This document shows, piece after piece, positions 1 through 9,834 of a stretch of 57,709 nt of DNA (positions are counted from its first letter, which is position 1; every line of letters begins with the position of its first letter). Under the pieces are notes generated by a model. The model searched no databases. It saw nothing but the letters and a program-made list of their open reading frames with translations, and had not been told where the DNA came from. Origin of the DNA: a virus (lineage: Duplodnaviria; Caudoviricetes); the IMG/VR virus record IMGVR_UViG_3300025392_000646, positions 1 to 57,709 of that record; one strand, 5' to 3'. A program made the translations under genes and the position numbers.

Positions 1-1186
1 ATGGTATAGTACTTCCTATATAAATTGCCAATGGTACTTTTTGTAACATTTCTTGTTGTTGTTTAGCTTCGTTAGCTCTTTGTTCTGATTGTTTGTTTCT
101 ACTCAAATCATCCAATGTTTCTCTTAATTGAGTCATTAAATTATCTTTCTCAGTTTGAGCTTCACTTCTTAATGCAGCTCCATCTAAAGATATCTCTGCA
201 CCAGGAATTGGAATAGTTGAATATTTCTCTCTAATAGCTCCCAACATTTCTTTTACCAATGCTAATGTATATTTTCTAATCCACTGCTTACCTACATCAT
301 TAATGTTACAATATGGAAGGAAATCATATCCTATGTTAGAATAATCCGCAACTACATTTTTTTGTACATGAGTTGAATTAGTAACAAAATCCTGTCTAAC
401 CATATAATCAATAAAGATATTAGGAACATTTGCAATTGAAGTTCCAGTTGGTCTTGGAAATACAGTAAGTTTATTGTCTACGATATTAAATGTAAATGCT
501 GATTTACGGAATTGGTCATTAAATTCAATAGCTTGTATTCTTAACATATCTTCATAAACAGGCATCAATACAAATTGAGCTGCTGGAGAGAATGAACCAA
601 ATCCAAATTCATCAATCAAGTTTAATGTACCTTGTCCAGAAACTGAATAAGGGTCAAAGAATCTATTAATAGCTGGAACTGGGTCGTTGTAAACCTTAAC
701 AACATCAATTCTTTGTCCACTTTCGGATACTTCGGAAATTAATTCTTTAAGGTCATACACCTGTTGGTTTTCTACCAAAGGTATTTTAATCTTTTTATAA
801 TCGGTATTCCCACCCACACCAACTAAGCTACCATATGCATCCGAAATTTGAATTATTGTTGGTAAATTAGTACCTGCTACTAATTGTTGAGAATAGTTAG
901 TACCAGTTGGTCTACCTTTTAAGGTATCCAAATTATTACGAATGTTAAATTGATTTACTTGTGCTGAGTATTCTGAAATAGATTCTTCAAAACATGCATA
1001 AAAGTTTTCATCCACCAATTCAATATTTTGAATAGGAAATCCTAATCTTCTAGCACACCAAAGTGCCATTTTAGGAGCATCATCTTGGAATGTATAATCA
1101 TCATCATAAATCCCAAAAGGTGTTTGACCTGGGAAAAACGAAGATGAACCAGGATATATTAATGTTTCTGTTACTGAAATTGCCAT
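1..1186 (-). CDS. Neck/head-tail adaptor protein, T4 gp13-like (absent from the ORF track; 3' end at the window edge)
   Basis: Hand translation from ATG at 1186: MAISVTETLIYPGSSSFFPGQTPFGIYDDD...WCARRLGFPIQNIELVDENFYACFEESI...KQWIRKYTLALVKEMLGAIREKYSTIPIPGAEISLDGAALRSEAQTEKDNL...QKVPLAIYIGSTIP. The RRLG.P...IEL and W...Y..AL.KE..G..R.K....P.PG....LDG.....EA segments match gp13-type neck proteins. The last full codon is 4..2, so the stop may begin at base 1. Confidence 0.8.
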   Translation of the reverse strand, partial: MAISVTETLIYPGSSSFFPGQTPFGIYDDDYTFQDDAPKMALWCARRLGFPIQNIELVDENFYACFEESISEYSAQVNQFNIRNNLDTLKGRPTGTNYSQQLVAGTNLPTIIQISDAYGSLVGVGGNTDYKKIKIPLVENQQVYDLKELISEVSESGQRIDVVKVYNDPVPAINRFFDPYSVSGQGTLNLIDEFGFGSFSPAAQFVLMPVYEDMLRIQAIEFNDQFRKSAFTFNIVDNKLTVFPRPTGTSIANVPNIFIDYMVRQDFVTNSTHVQKNVVADYSNIGYDFLPYCNINDVGKQWIRKYTLALVKEMLGAIREKYSTIPIPGAEISLDGAALRSEAQTEKDNLMTQLRETLDDLSRNKQSEQRANEAKQQQEMLQKVPLAIYIGSTIP

Positions 1187-1213
1187 TTTATAAGTACTTA
1201 TTTTATCGTTACC

Positions 1214-1222
1214 TATAAATAT
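1214..1222 (-). promoter_or_regulatory. Putative late promoter motif ATATTTATA (gp13)
   Basis: Exact copy of the recurrent upstream motif. Confidence 0.6.
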
Positions 1223-1253
1223 TAGAAATCAAAAGAATAGTGTTTGAAAAGAA

Positions 1254-2072
1254 TTATCGTACCCAGTACCAAATAATACCAGGGTAACCCATACCCACAT
1301 CGTTTTGCCAAGGTGCAGGATTCCAACCATTATCTGATATTAATGTTCCCCACCATGCTCCACTATCATCATGCGTTGTAGTCATAATGGCCTGTGCTAT
1401 TTTAAAATCAGAACTAACAGAATACCAAGGCATTCTATGTTCTATACCTTGGTCGTTGTAATCCCAAGTTCCACTATCAGTTGGGAATTTTTGTATTTCA
1501 GTTATATTTTGTCTAAATCCACTTGAACCATTTATCACATCACTTCCAAAATACACAGAACCAGTTGATATATATTGTCCATAATCTACTGAACCGGTAA
1601 AACTATAATTTTCATTTGCTCTCCATATTCCACCATAATGTCCTCTAGTATTTGCATCCATCATATATTGGAAACCTGAAGGAGAACTCTTTATGTAATC
1701 TGCCCACCCAATAATACTATAATTTTGAGTATCATCTCCATTAGCTACAGTTGCTAATGTTGTTGGTGGTGTTGTTTGATGTTTAAGTAATGCTTCTGCT
1801 TCACTCCAAACGGTATAATTATTTTGTAATATTAATGTCCAACCACCACCTGCTGTTGTCATATCTGCGTAAATTTGGAATGGTGTACCTCCATTTATGT
1901 TATTATTTTTAATCCAATATAATCCATCTGTTGATGATGGAAAATCCGTTTTAATTTGATATGCAGAATCTCCAGCAGATTGTGGACTTAAACCATCTTT
2001 TGTAGGTGGTTTTGGTGTAAATCTTATTTGATTTGATAATGAGATACCTTTTATTTTAAATGTAATTGGCAT
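1254..2072 (-). CDS. Fibrinogen-like (YCDxxxxGGGW-type) domain protein, probable virion adhesin/decoration
   Basis: SAYQIKTDFPSSTDGLYWI...PFQIYADMTTAGGGWTLIL matches the fibrinogen/intelectin N-terminal motif; Trp-rich C-terminus; located in the structural cluster. Confidence 0.65.
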   Translation of the reverse strand: MPITFKIKGISLSNQIRFTPKPPTKDGLSPQSAGDSAYQIKTDFPSSTDGLYWIKNNNINGGTPFQIYADMTTAGGGWTLILQNNYTVWSEAEALLKHQTTPPTTLATVANGDDTQNYSIIGWADYIKSSPSGFQYMMDANTRGHYGGIWRANENYSFTGSVDYGQYISTGSVYFGSDVINGSSGFRQNITEIQKFPTDSGTWDYNDQGIEHRMPWYSVSSDFKIAQAIMTTTHDDSGAWWGTLISDNGWNPAPWQNDVGMGYPGIIWYWVR

Positions 2073-2081
2073 ATACCTTAA

Positions 2082-4586
2082 TTATAATAATCGTTCAACA
2101 GTAATTGAACCATAGCTACCTTCATTACCTTCATCCGCAGAATTGTAAGAACCATAAAAAGTAGCTCTATATATTCTATTGTTTGTTAAATCTTGTATTC
2201 TAACAATAGCACAATCACCAGGTCCTAGTGGAGAACATAATCCATAATATCCACCAGTATTAACAATACTTGTAGGTCCTTGACTACTATAATCAACACC
2301 AGCTGAATTTGTGCATCTTTCCACACCCCATATAGTAAGATAATCCGGATAACCATTTGAATTATTACCACTAGCTATCATACTTGGTGCTCCACTATTA
2401 TATGGGTCAAACATAAAATTGTAACTTTCATATGAACCCGTTTGAGGTACATTAGTTCCCCAAGGTGAAAGTGGTCCTGTTGAAGTTGTTGTACTTAATA
2501 ATGGTTTTAATTCCTCAGCTATATTATCATAACTATCATAAGTAACCACACTTCCAGAACGTGTCATTACATATGAACCCGTAGTTTGAACCATCGTACC
2601 ATAACTAACATCAATTTGGTCTGCGTAAAATGTTCCAGTTTGATTTATTGAACCAGTTATAGTTAAATCACCACTTTCTATAATTAAATCCGTATTAATA
2701 GTATCAATAGTCCCATTATTTACAATTGTAGAAGATACTATTAAAGATGAAGATATATTTACTGAACCGCTAATTACCATTGAACCATTAACATCAATAC
2801 CACCAGGTGTTGTTAATGTATCGTTTATTCCAAAATTCCAAATACCACCCTCACCAAATGATAATGATGATGGAGATGTACCAAATGAGTCATAATAAAC
2901 ATTATATGTTCCATCTCCATTTGAAGTTACACCAGGATATAATATTGTTGCGTAACTTGATAAATTAAAACTATCATATACTTTATTTCCAACACCAATC
3001 AATCTATCCAATGGTAAAGGACTAGAAATATAATAAACCGCAGGTAATCCCCCTCCCGCACTATTACCATCTATTATTGAATATGGTCCTATTTTATCAA
3101 CTACAATATTTCCTTCGGATGGTATTGTTAAAGAACCACTTTTATCAAATTTCCATCTTTTACCAGTAGAATAAGCATCAGGAATAATATCATTAGTTCC
3201 AATTACAATTTCTCCATTTGTATTAGTTCTTACATATTGACTATCATTTCCTAAAAATAAACTTGTTACTGATAAATCTCCACTTGTTAAATGTAAGTGA
3301 TTTCCTTCACTTACTGTTGGGTAAATTTTTAATTGTTGATTTGCATCACTCCCACCATGCGGAGTTAATGTTATAGTATTACCTAGTCCAGCAGGACTAC
3401 TATCTTCTTTAATCGTTCCCCCAACAGGTAATATTAAACTATTAGTACTTCCTTCAAATTTCCAATTAAATCCACCTGCCGATGGTACTCCATTTGTTAA
3501 ACCTTCATCAGAAGTAGATATATAAAGATTATTGTTACCATCATCAACAATCATACGAACATTAGTACCACCAACCATTGCTAATGCAGTATCAGGATTT
3601 ATCCAAATATTATGTCCACTTGGTACACTAATAGTATCATATGTTGTTCCATCTTCATCATTTGTTCCTAATGTAAATGAACCACTAATTGTTTGCGTTC
3701 CAACAAAAGTATTAGAACCAGTTGTTGCAAATGAACCAGTTGAATTAATTAATAATTGTAAAGATGAAGTTGTTGCGAATGAACCAGTATCAAATTTACT
3801 ACCAGTTAAATTATTTGCATATATATTTCCACTTACAAATATAGAACCACTTACATTAATATTTCCCTTTGTAATGTTTAATGAACCAGAAGTTACTGTT
3901 GAAGTATTGTTAAAACCAATAGTAACATCGCTAGGAAGGAAAGATTTTCCATCATAATTAAATATCCAATCATTTTGAGTTGCACCATCTTTTAAAATTC
4001 CTATTGCTGCAATTGGTCCATCGGAAAATGGATATCCAACGATTTCATTTCCAAAAAAAGATGAATTATTGGATGGAACTGATGGAGTATCAGTAACTCC
4101 AAAAATAGAATATGAGTCTGATGTAACCGATACACCTGCTCCATAAGAACCACTTGCTCTTACATCAAATGAATTAGGACTTGTATTTGCAAATTGTCCT
4201 ATTGTAAAAGCTGCCCCTGCTGTTCCAGATGTTCCACTTAAAGATAAACTACCACTAAAATTTATAGTATTTGCTGATATTTTTAAATCAGTTGAAGAAT
4301 ATAGATGAGGTATTCCGGCATCTACAATTGTAAATCCGGATGAAGTAACTCCACCTTGTATTGTTTGATTTCCAATAAATGTATTAGAACCAGTAGTTGC
4401 AAATGAACCGGTATTACTAAAACTTATGTTACTTATAGAAGCACTTAAGCTATTAATTTCTGCCACCAAAGAACCAGTATTGATTACAGGTGCTAATGGT
4501 GGTAAATGAGATAATGGTATTTTACTACCACTATCCAATGGAGCATATCCATTTGCTCTACCCCTATTTATTTTACTTTCAAACAT
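2082..4586 (-). CDS. Tail fibre-like structural protein (834 aa)
   Basis: N-terminal NGYAPLDSGSKIPLSHLP fibre motif, repeated TGSFATTGSNTF.G.QTI units, beta-rich G/S/T/N composition. Confidence 0.65.
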   Translation of the reverse strand: MFESKINRGRANGYAPLDSGSKIPLSHLPPLAPVINTGSLVAEINSLSASISNISFSNTGSFATTGSNTFIGNQTIQGGVTSSGFTIVDAGIPHLYSSTDLKISANTINFSGSLSLSGTSGTAGAAFTIGQFANTSPNSFDVRASGSYGAGVSVTSDSYSIFGVTDTPSVPSNNSSFFGNEIVGYPFSDGPIAAIGILKDGATQNDWIFNYDGKSFLPSDVTIGFNNTSTVTSGSLNITKGNINVSGSIFVSGNIYANNLTGSKFDTGSFATTSSLQLLINSTGSFATTGSNTFVGTQTISGSFTLGTNDEDGTTYDTISVPSGHNIWINPDTALAMVGGTNVRMIVDDGNNNLYISTSDEGLTNGVPSAGGFNWKFEGSTNSLILPVGGTIKEDSSPAGLGNTITLTPHGGSDANQQLKIYPTVSEGNHLHLTSGDLSVTSLFLGNDSQYVRTNTNGEIVIGTNDIIPDAYSTGKRWKFDKSGSLTIPSEGNIVVDKIGPYSIIDGNSAGGGLPAVYYISSPLPLDRLIGVGNKVYDSFNLSSYATILYPGVTSNGDGTYNVYYDSFGTSPSSLSFGEGGIWNFGINDTLTTPGGIDVNGSMVISGSVNISSSLIVSSTIVNNGTIDTINTDLIIESGDLTITGSINQTGTFYADQIDVSYGTMVQTTGSYVMTRSGSVVTYDSYDNIAEELKPLLSTTTSTGPLSPWGTNVPQTGSYESYNFMFDPYNSGAPSMIASGNNSNGYPDYLTIWGVERCTNSAGVDYSSQGPTSIVNTGGYYGLCSPLGPGDCAIVRIQDLTNNRIYRATFYGSYNSADEGNEGSYGSITVERLL

Positions 4587-4595
4587 ATTTGTTTA

Positions 4596-4904
4596 TTATG
4601 CTGCGTTTTGTCCGTTGTATCCTGCTAAAACTAATTCTTTAACTCTATCTACTACTTGTTCATTTGTCCAGTTTCCAATTGCATCATATGCAGCACCTTC
4701 CCATAAAATGAATAATCTATTTTTAGTAGTCATTGCTGCGATAGTTTTAGTCATTGGATTATCAATTATTTTTCTAATCTCAATATTTTTTGCTTTAATT
4801 TCTGCACCACCAACTGTCTTAACTGCAATAGAAGACTCAAAATTTACCAATAAACCCTGTGGTTCTGGTGTTTGTGATTTTGGTTTGTAATTTGTATTTG
4901 CCAT
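4596..4904 (-). CDS. Small hypothetical protein, possibly fibre-associated
   Basis: ATG-started ORF packed between fibre genes; contains LWEGAAYDAIGNWTNEQV. Function not recognisable. Confidence 0.5.
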   Translation of the reverse strand: MANTNYKPKSQTPEPQGLLVNFESSIAVKTVGGAEIKAKNIEIRKIIDNPMTKTIAAMTTKNRLFILWEGAAYDAIGNWTNEQVVDRVKELVLAGYNGQNAA

Positions 4905-4923
4905 TTTTATTTATTTGTTTTTA

Positions 4924-7449
4924 TTAATCGTTATATAATTCTGCATCCGAATACCATTTACCACTTGTCCAAACTGCTTTTGTCATATTTTTCCAAATGT
5001 AAGTATTTCCACCATCAGTTACATTTAATCTTGCAAATGGTTTAATTGCTCCACTGTGGTCTCCTAAATTATATGCATATCCTGTCATTACTATATTAGA
5101 TGACCATAATTCAAATTGTTCAGGAGTTATTGTATGAGAACCATCACTTTTTAATATAAATGTAAGTTCTTGTCCTTCATATTCTCCATCAGGTAAATGA
5201 TAAGTTTGGAAAGTACTAATACCACTAATATCAAATGTGATAATATCTCTACTACCAAAATTAATATTTGGTCTACCACCAGTTGTTCCATTAGAACCAG
5301 ATGGGTCTTGTAATTGTGTATTTTGAAAATTACTAAATCCTCTACTAACAGTTGCATATTGTAAAGATGAAGTTATTGTTGTATTACCTATACCACTACT
5401 TTGTCCAATTTCAATATTACTAAATTCAACAGATGAACCAGATATAGTTAAATCTAAAAATCCAGAATCTTCACCAATTGAAGCATCATTTATTCCACAA
5501 TAATTATAGATATTGATATTTCCTACATATGTATCTCCGTTAATATGAATATCATTAAAATAAGAATAATTTCCTAAAGTTACATAAGTAACCTCTGAAT
5601 CAGATTTAACTGAAAAATTCTGCATATTAGAATTAGCACCTATTGTTATATTATTTATTCCAGAACCAGCATCTATTTGATGATATCTAAAATATGAACT
5701 ACTTGCTAAAGTTATAGTGTTTAATCCCGAACTATTACCAACCGATATTTCAGCTATTTGTGAATTATTTCCTATTCCAGTAGCAGTTATTACGGAATTG
5801 TTTTCCATAGATATTTTAGAAAATGTACCATATGAATCAATTCCCATACAAATAATATTGGAATCATGTTTCATATCAATATATTCAATATATACACCAT
5901 CGTTTGTACCAATATATTCTATCACAGAATTTCCACCCATTGTAATATATTGAATATTATTATTGATACCAAATTCCATATCTCCAAAATATGAATTATT
6001 TCCAACTCTAATATCACATGCTTGCGAATTATCATATAAATCAATATGTTCAAAATCTGCACCACTTTCTAAATAAATTTTGAATATTCCACTAAAATTA
6101 TATAAACTCAAATACCCAAAATATGCATTGGAATCTAATGTAATATCATACATATATGAATCAAAATAGAAAAATAAATTACGGAATGTTGAATTTTGTC
6201 CAATTGTTATATTTTTTAATAAATTCCCACCATCATCCATATCATATCCGTATATATTATACAAATATGCACCACTTTCAATTTTTATGTTACTAATAGT
6301 ACTACTAAAACCCAAATATAAATTATATATTCCACAATCTTTTCCTATTGTTATATCATACATAGAAGTTCCCCTGCCCCAATAACGTACATCAAATTCA
6401 CCACCATCCGAATCAACTGATATTCCCATAAGTTGATTATGATTGTATCCATTATAGTTAGGGAAGTTTACTAAATTGTAAATGTATCCATTATTAATTG
6501 TTACTTCGGTTACATTTTGATGTCCCCAAGGAAAATATCTAATTGCGTTAAATCCCCAATAACCATTTGTTACAGCCCATTCTGCTGATACTTCATTACC
6601 ATATGCATCTGCTCTATATGAGATATTATCAAATTCATATTCATATTTAATTTTATCTGCAACTAAAACATAATCATCCGTATTGAAAGGAACAATTTGC
6701 CAATTTGTATTATCCAAATATAATGCATCATCACCACCAAATTGAGTACCAACTTGTCCAGTTAAATTTCTATGAACTAATCCACCATATATTACTTTAT
6801 CACCAATATTGTAAGATGATGTGTAATATGCGTAATCAATACTTGCGCTTGTTGGGTTAGTATCACTTGTTGCGATAAATGGATAGTTGGCAGGATTTTC
6901 AAAGAATTTAGTGTGAGAATCTTCAGGCATCGATAAAGTCATACTTGCTCCACCAACATTTCCTACTAAATGACAATAAGAAGATGTTCCGTTTGCATTT
7001 AAATAAATGTAATCATCATGTGCAAAATATCCATTAGAAGTTGTGAAATTAAATCTATTTGTACCATCCCAAACTTTAAGACCTAAACTTGATGTTGAGT
7101 TTGAATACTTCGGGTTCCAAAATAAACCCACACCATCGTTTGATAATGAAGATGTTGTTACGGCTTGTAAAATTACTCTAGTTCCGCCATATTGAACTTC
7201 ATTAAAACTTCCAGATGATGCGTTGGTAATCATATAAAAAGTACCAATACTTAAAGCACCGGCATTAATCATATCATCCATTTCCATTTTGGTAACTTCG
7301 TTAATTCCGCTACCACCACCATAGTAGTTTCCGTTTGAGTCTTTTACTTTGATTGTATTATCCGATGCGTCTATAAACAAATTATACCCACCTGCTATTG
7401 GTAAATCTAATTCTGCGGCCACTTGCCCTTGTAATTGAATGTATTGCAT
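4924..7449 (-). CDS. Beta-solenoid/beta-helix tailspike-like structural protein (841 aa)
   Basis: The central ~350 aa have ~11-residue periodicity (ITIGQNSTFRN / ITLDSNAYFGY / IRVGNNSYFGD / ITMGGNSVIEY / ISVGNSSGLNT); C-terminal LPDGEYEGQELTFI motif typical of fibre tips. Confidence 0.6.
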   Translation of the reverse strand: MQYIQLQGQVAAELDLPIAGGYNLFIDASDNTIKVKDSNGNYYGGGSGINEVTKMEMDDMINAGALSIGTFYMITNASSGSFNEVQYGGTRVILQAVTTSSLSNDGVGLFWNPKYSNSTSSLGLKVWDGTNRFNFTTSNGYFAHDDYIYLNANGTSSYCHLVGNVGGASMTLSMPEDSHTKFFENPANYPFIATSDTNPTSASIDYAYYTSSYNIGDKVIYGGLVHRNLTGQVGTQFGGDDALYLDNTNWQIVPFNTDDYVLVADKIKYEYEFDNISYRADAYGNEVSAEWAVTNGYWGFNAIRYFPWGHQNVTEVTINNGYIYNLVNFPNYNGYNHNQLMGISVDSDGGEFDVRYWGRGTSMYDITIGKDCGIYNLYLGFSSTISNIKIESGAYLYNIYGYDMDDGGNLLKNITIGQNSTFRNLFFYFDSYMYDITLDSNAYFGYLSLYNFSGIFKIYLESGADFEHIDLYDNSQACDIRVGNNSYFGDMEFGINNNIQYITMGGNSVIEYIGTNDGVYIEYIDMKHDSNIICMGIDSYGTFSKISMENNSVITATGIGNNSQIAEISVGNSSGLNTITLASSSYFRYHQIDAGSGINNITIGANSNMQNFSVKSDSEVTYVTLGNYSYFNDIHINGDTYVGNINIYNYCGINDASIGEDSGFLDLTISGSSVEFSNIEIGQSSGIGNTTITSSLQYATVSRGFSNFQNTQLQDPSGSNGTTGGRPNINFGSRDIITFDISGISTFQTYHLPDGEYEGQELTFILKSDGSHTITPEQFELWSSNIVMTGYAYNLGDHSGAIKPFARLNVTDGGNTYIWKNMTKAVWTSGKWYSDAELYND

Positions 7450-7453
7450 ATTT

Positions 7454-8215
7454 TTATATTATTGTTCCTGTTCCTGTTATTGATGAATTACCTATTAATA
7501 TAACTTCTCCACCCACACTTATCTTACCATTATTTTCAATAACACTATCTTTAAGTAATAGATTTCCACCTATAAATATTGAACCTTCTTTTTTGAAGTA
7601 TTTGTTTGGAGAGTATTCTATTTCCTCATCACTACCTTCAATTAATAAAAATCCGTTTTCTAAAATATAATCACCTGAAAAAGTTAATTGTTCAGTTTTT
7701 CTTATTAAATATGAGTCGTATGTGTTATTCCAATTTGTATTTGCTGATAAATTTGTTAGTTGTCTACCATCTCCTAAATATGCCGATGCCGTTACAGCTG
7801 CCGTATATTTTACAGTGTTTTGTCCACCCGCATTATTCTCAATTGAGAATGATGTAGTAGCTTGTGTTTGAGCATCTACGAAAATAATTGAACCATGTGA
7901 TATATAAAGGTCTTTCCAAGCATTTGTTGCAGAACCTAAACTAAATGAAGATGTATAAGTTCCATCACCCGTTGTTGGTATGATTGAACCACTTATATAT
8001 TGAGAACCACTAAATTGATTTGAACCAGTTGTTGCGAATGTTTTATCTACACCATTAATAGATGCCGAAAATATATTATATTCCGCTCTAGTTATAAAAT
8101 TTTGAGAAGTTATATTTTTGATTTTCCAATACGTCCCTGTCCACTCGTAAGTGTTAGAACTTCCACTTTGATAAATGTGTCCTATTTCTGGGTTTAAAGG
8201 GAATACTAATGCCAT
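7454..8215 (-). CDS. Fibre/decoration structural protein (253 aa)
   Basis: N-terminal FPLNPEIGHIYQ....TYEWTGTYW motif, FATTGSNQF.GSQYISGS unit, and SLGSATNAWKDLYI fibre motif. Confidence 0.6.
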   Translation of the reverse strand: MALVFPLNPEIGHIYQSGSSNTYEWTGTYWKIKNITSQNFITRAEYNIFSASINGVDKTFATTGSNQFSGSQYISGSIIPTTGDGTYTSSFSLGSATNAWKDLYISHGSIIFVDAQTQATTSFSIENNAGGQNTVKYTAAVTASAYLGDGRQLTNLSANTNWNNTYDSYLIRKTEQLTFSGDYILENGFLLIEGSDEEIEYSPNKYFKKEGSIFIGGNLLLKDSVIENNGKISVGGEVILIGNSSITGTGTII

Positions 8216-8264
8216 TTTGTTTGTTTCTTTTTAGAAATATTGAAAAACCTTAATTGTACCATTA

Positions 8265-9824
8265 TTATCTATAAATATTTAAATTTACGTTAAGGTTGAG
8301 ATTACCAGTAACTTTTAGTGTAATTGGATTATTAAATCTATTATATACTACTTTTTGAGTACCACCTAATAAAGAATTAAAATTTGTCCAATCGTTATTT
8401 TGTCCAGTTGTATAAATTGCGTTACCACAATCATTCAAAACTATATTTTTAATTTGAGATGGTGTATAATGTGGATAATATTCAGAATAAAGTGCAGCTA
8501 TACCAGTTATTTGTGGAGTTGCCATTGAAGTTCCACTTATATTAACTTGCTTAAAATTTGAATTTGCATAATACGATGGTGCTGAAAATTCATTTATAGT
8601 TGATGTACAACTTAATATATTTGTACCAGATGAATATAAATCTACACCAGGCCCACTACAACTATAATAAGCTTTTTTATCCGTATTTGTATCATATACA
8701 CTACTATCCAATGAACCTACCATAAATGCATGAGGTGAATATGGCGATGAACCTTGATGATAATAATACCAACCATTTTCAGTTTGTATTTGGTTATTAT
8801 AATCCGGACCTGCCGATGTATCTATTTTAAAAGTACTATTTCCCGCTGCTATACAAACAATAACACCAGCATCAATTAATTCTTCCACATCAACATCAAC
8901 CGAACCTACTCTTATTGGAAATGAATATGAAGTTCCATCAAAATTATTTATAATACCATAATTAGTTTGTCTATAATTTGCATTTCCAGTTGTATTACTA
9001 TCTGAATGTTCTACACCTCTATAATTTACTTTTGATATTGTTGTATAATTTGCACTATATCCCCAGCTCATATTAACTATTGTTGGTCTACTACCGCCTT
9101 TACTAATATGCCAAAGTTTAATAGCATCAAAACAATATGTTATATCAATACCAGTTCCACCATCACCGCTTCCTTCCAATCCACTAACTTTTAAAGAATA
9201 TACATTTGCTTTTTTTGCCCAACCATATGTTTTACCAGCAGTTATACCAGCACAATGTGTACCATGTCCACTATAATCTCTATAATGATTTGGTGATTGT
9301 GTAAATGGTAATCCACTTGCAGCTGCCCAATCTATTAATTGAACTCTACTTACTCCATTTTCATCTATAAATTCAGGATGATTAACTTGCAATCCACTAT
9401 CCTGAATTACAACATCAACTCCTCTACCTGCTAAATTGTATGTATGATTTTCATTTGTAGTTGTACCAGTACCATAAGAATTTGTTAATGAATTTGCTCT
9501 TATTAATCCCCAATTTGCTACTGCCCCAACTGATGATGTAGTTTTATTAAAATCAAATATTTCCGTTGCTTTTCTTCCTATTTGTATATCCGTTCTATGT
9601 TCAGGTGGTATTTCTACACAATAAACTCTATCATCATTTTTTAATATTTCAGCTTCCGCATCAGTAAGTAAATACCAACATTGTCTTTCTGATGCAATTC
9701 TTTCATTTGTATAATTAACAGCTCTTTCAGGAATATGAGCATGATTAGGAAGTACATTTTCCATTTGATTCCAAAATGTATCATAATCAACTCCTTTTTT
9801 AAGTGCTACATTATATTCTCTCAT
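8265..9824 (-). CDS. Subtilisin-like S8 serine peptidase, probably virion-associated
   Basis: Complete triad motifs VVIQDSG (Asp), HGTHCAG (His) and SGTSMATP (Ser); oxyanion AAGN; NMSWG; N-terminal propeptide-like region ending LTDAEAEILKNDDRVYCVE. Confidence 0.92.
   Translation of the reverse strand: MREYNVALKKGVDYDTFWNQMENVLPNHAHIPERAVNYTNERIASERQCWYLLTDAEAEILKNDDRVYCVEIPPEHRTDIQIGRKATEIFDFNKTTSSVGAVANWGLIRANSLTNSYGTGTTTNENHTYNLAGRGVDVVIQDSGLQVNHPEFIDENGVSRVQLIDWAAASGLPFTQSPNHYRDYSGHGTHCAGITAGKTYGWAKKANVYSLKVSGLEGSGDGGTGIDITYCFDAIKLWHISKGGSRPTIVNMSWGYSANYTTISKVNYRGVEHSDSNTTGNANYRQTNYGIINNFDGTSYSFPIRVGSVDVDVEELIDAGVIVCIAAGNSTFKIDTSAGPDYNNQIQTENGWYYYHQGSSPYSPHAFMVGSLDSSVYDTNTDKKAYYSCSGPGVDLYSSGTNILSCTSTINEFSAPSYYANSNFKQVNISGTSMATPQITGIAALYSEYYPHYTPSQIKNIVLNDCGNAIYTTGQNNDWTNFNSLLGGTQKVVYNRFNNPITLKVTGNLNLNVNLNIYR
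8270..8278 (-). promoter_or_regulatory. Putative late promoter motif inside the 3' end of the S8 gene
   Basis: Exact motif 55 nt upstream of ATG 8215. Confidence 0.45.
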
Positions 9825-9834
9825 TATTATATTT

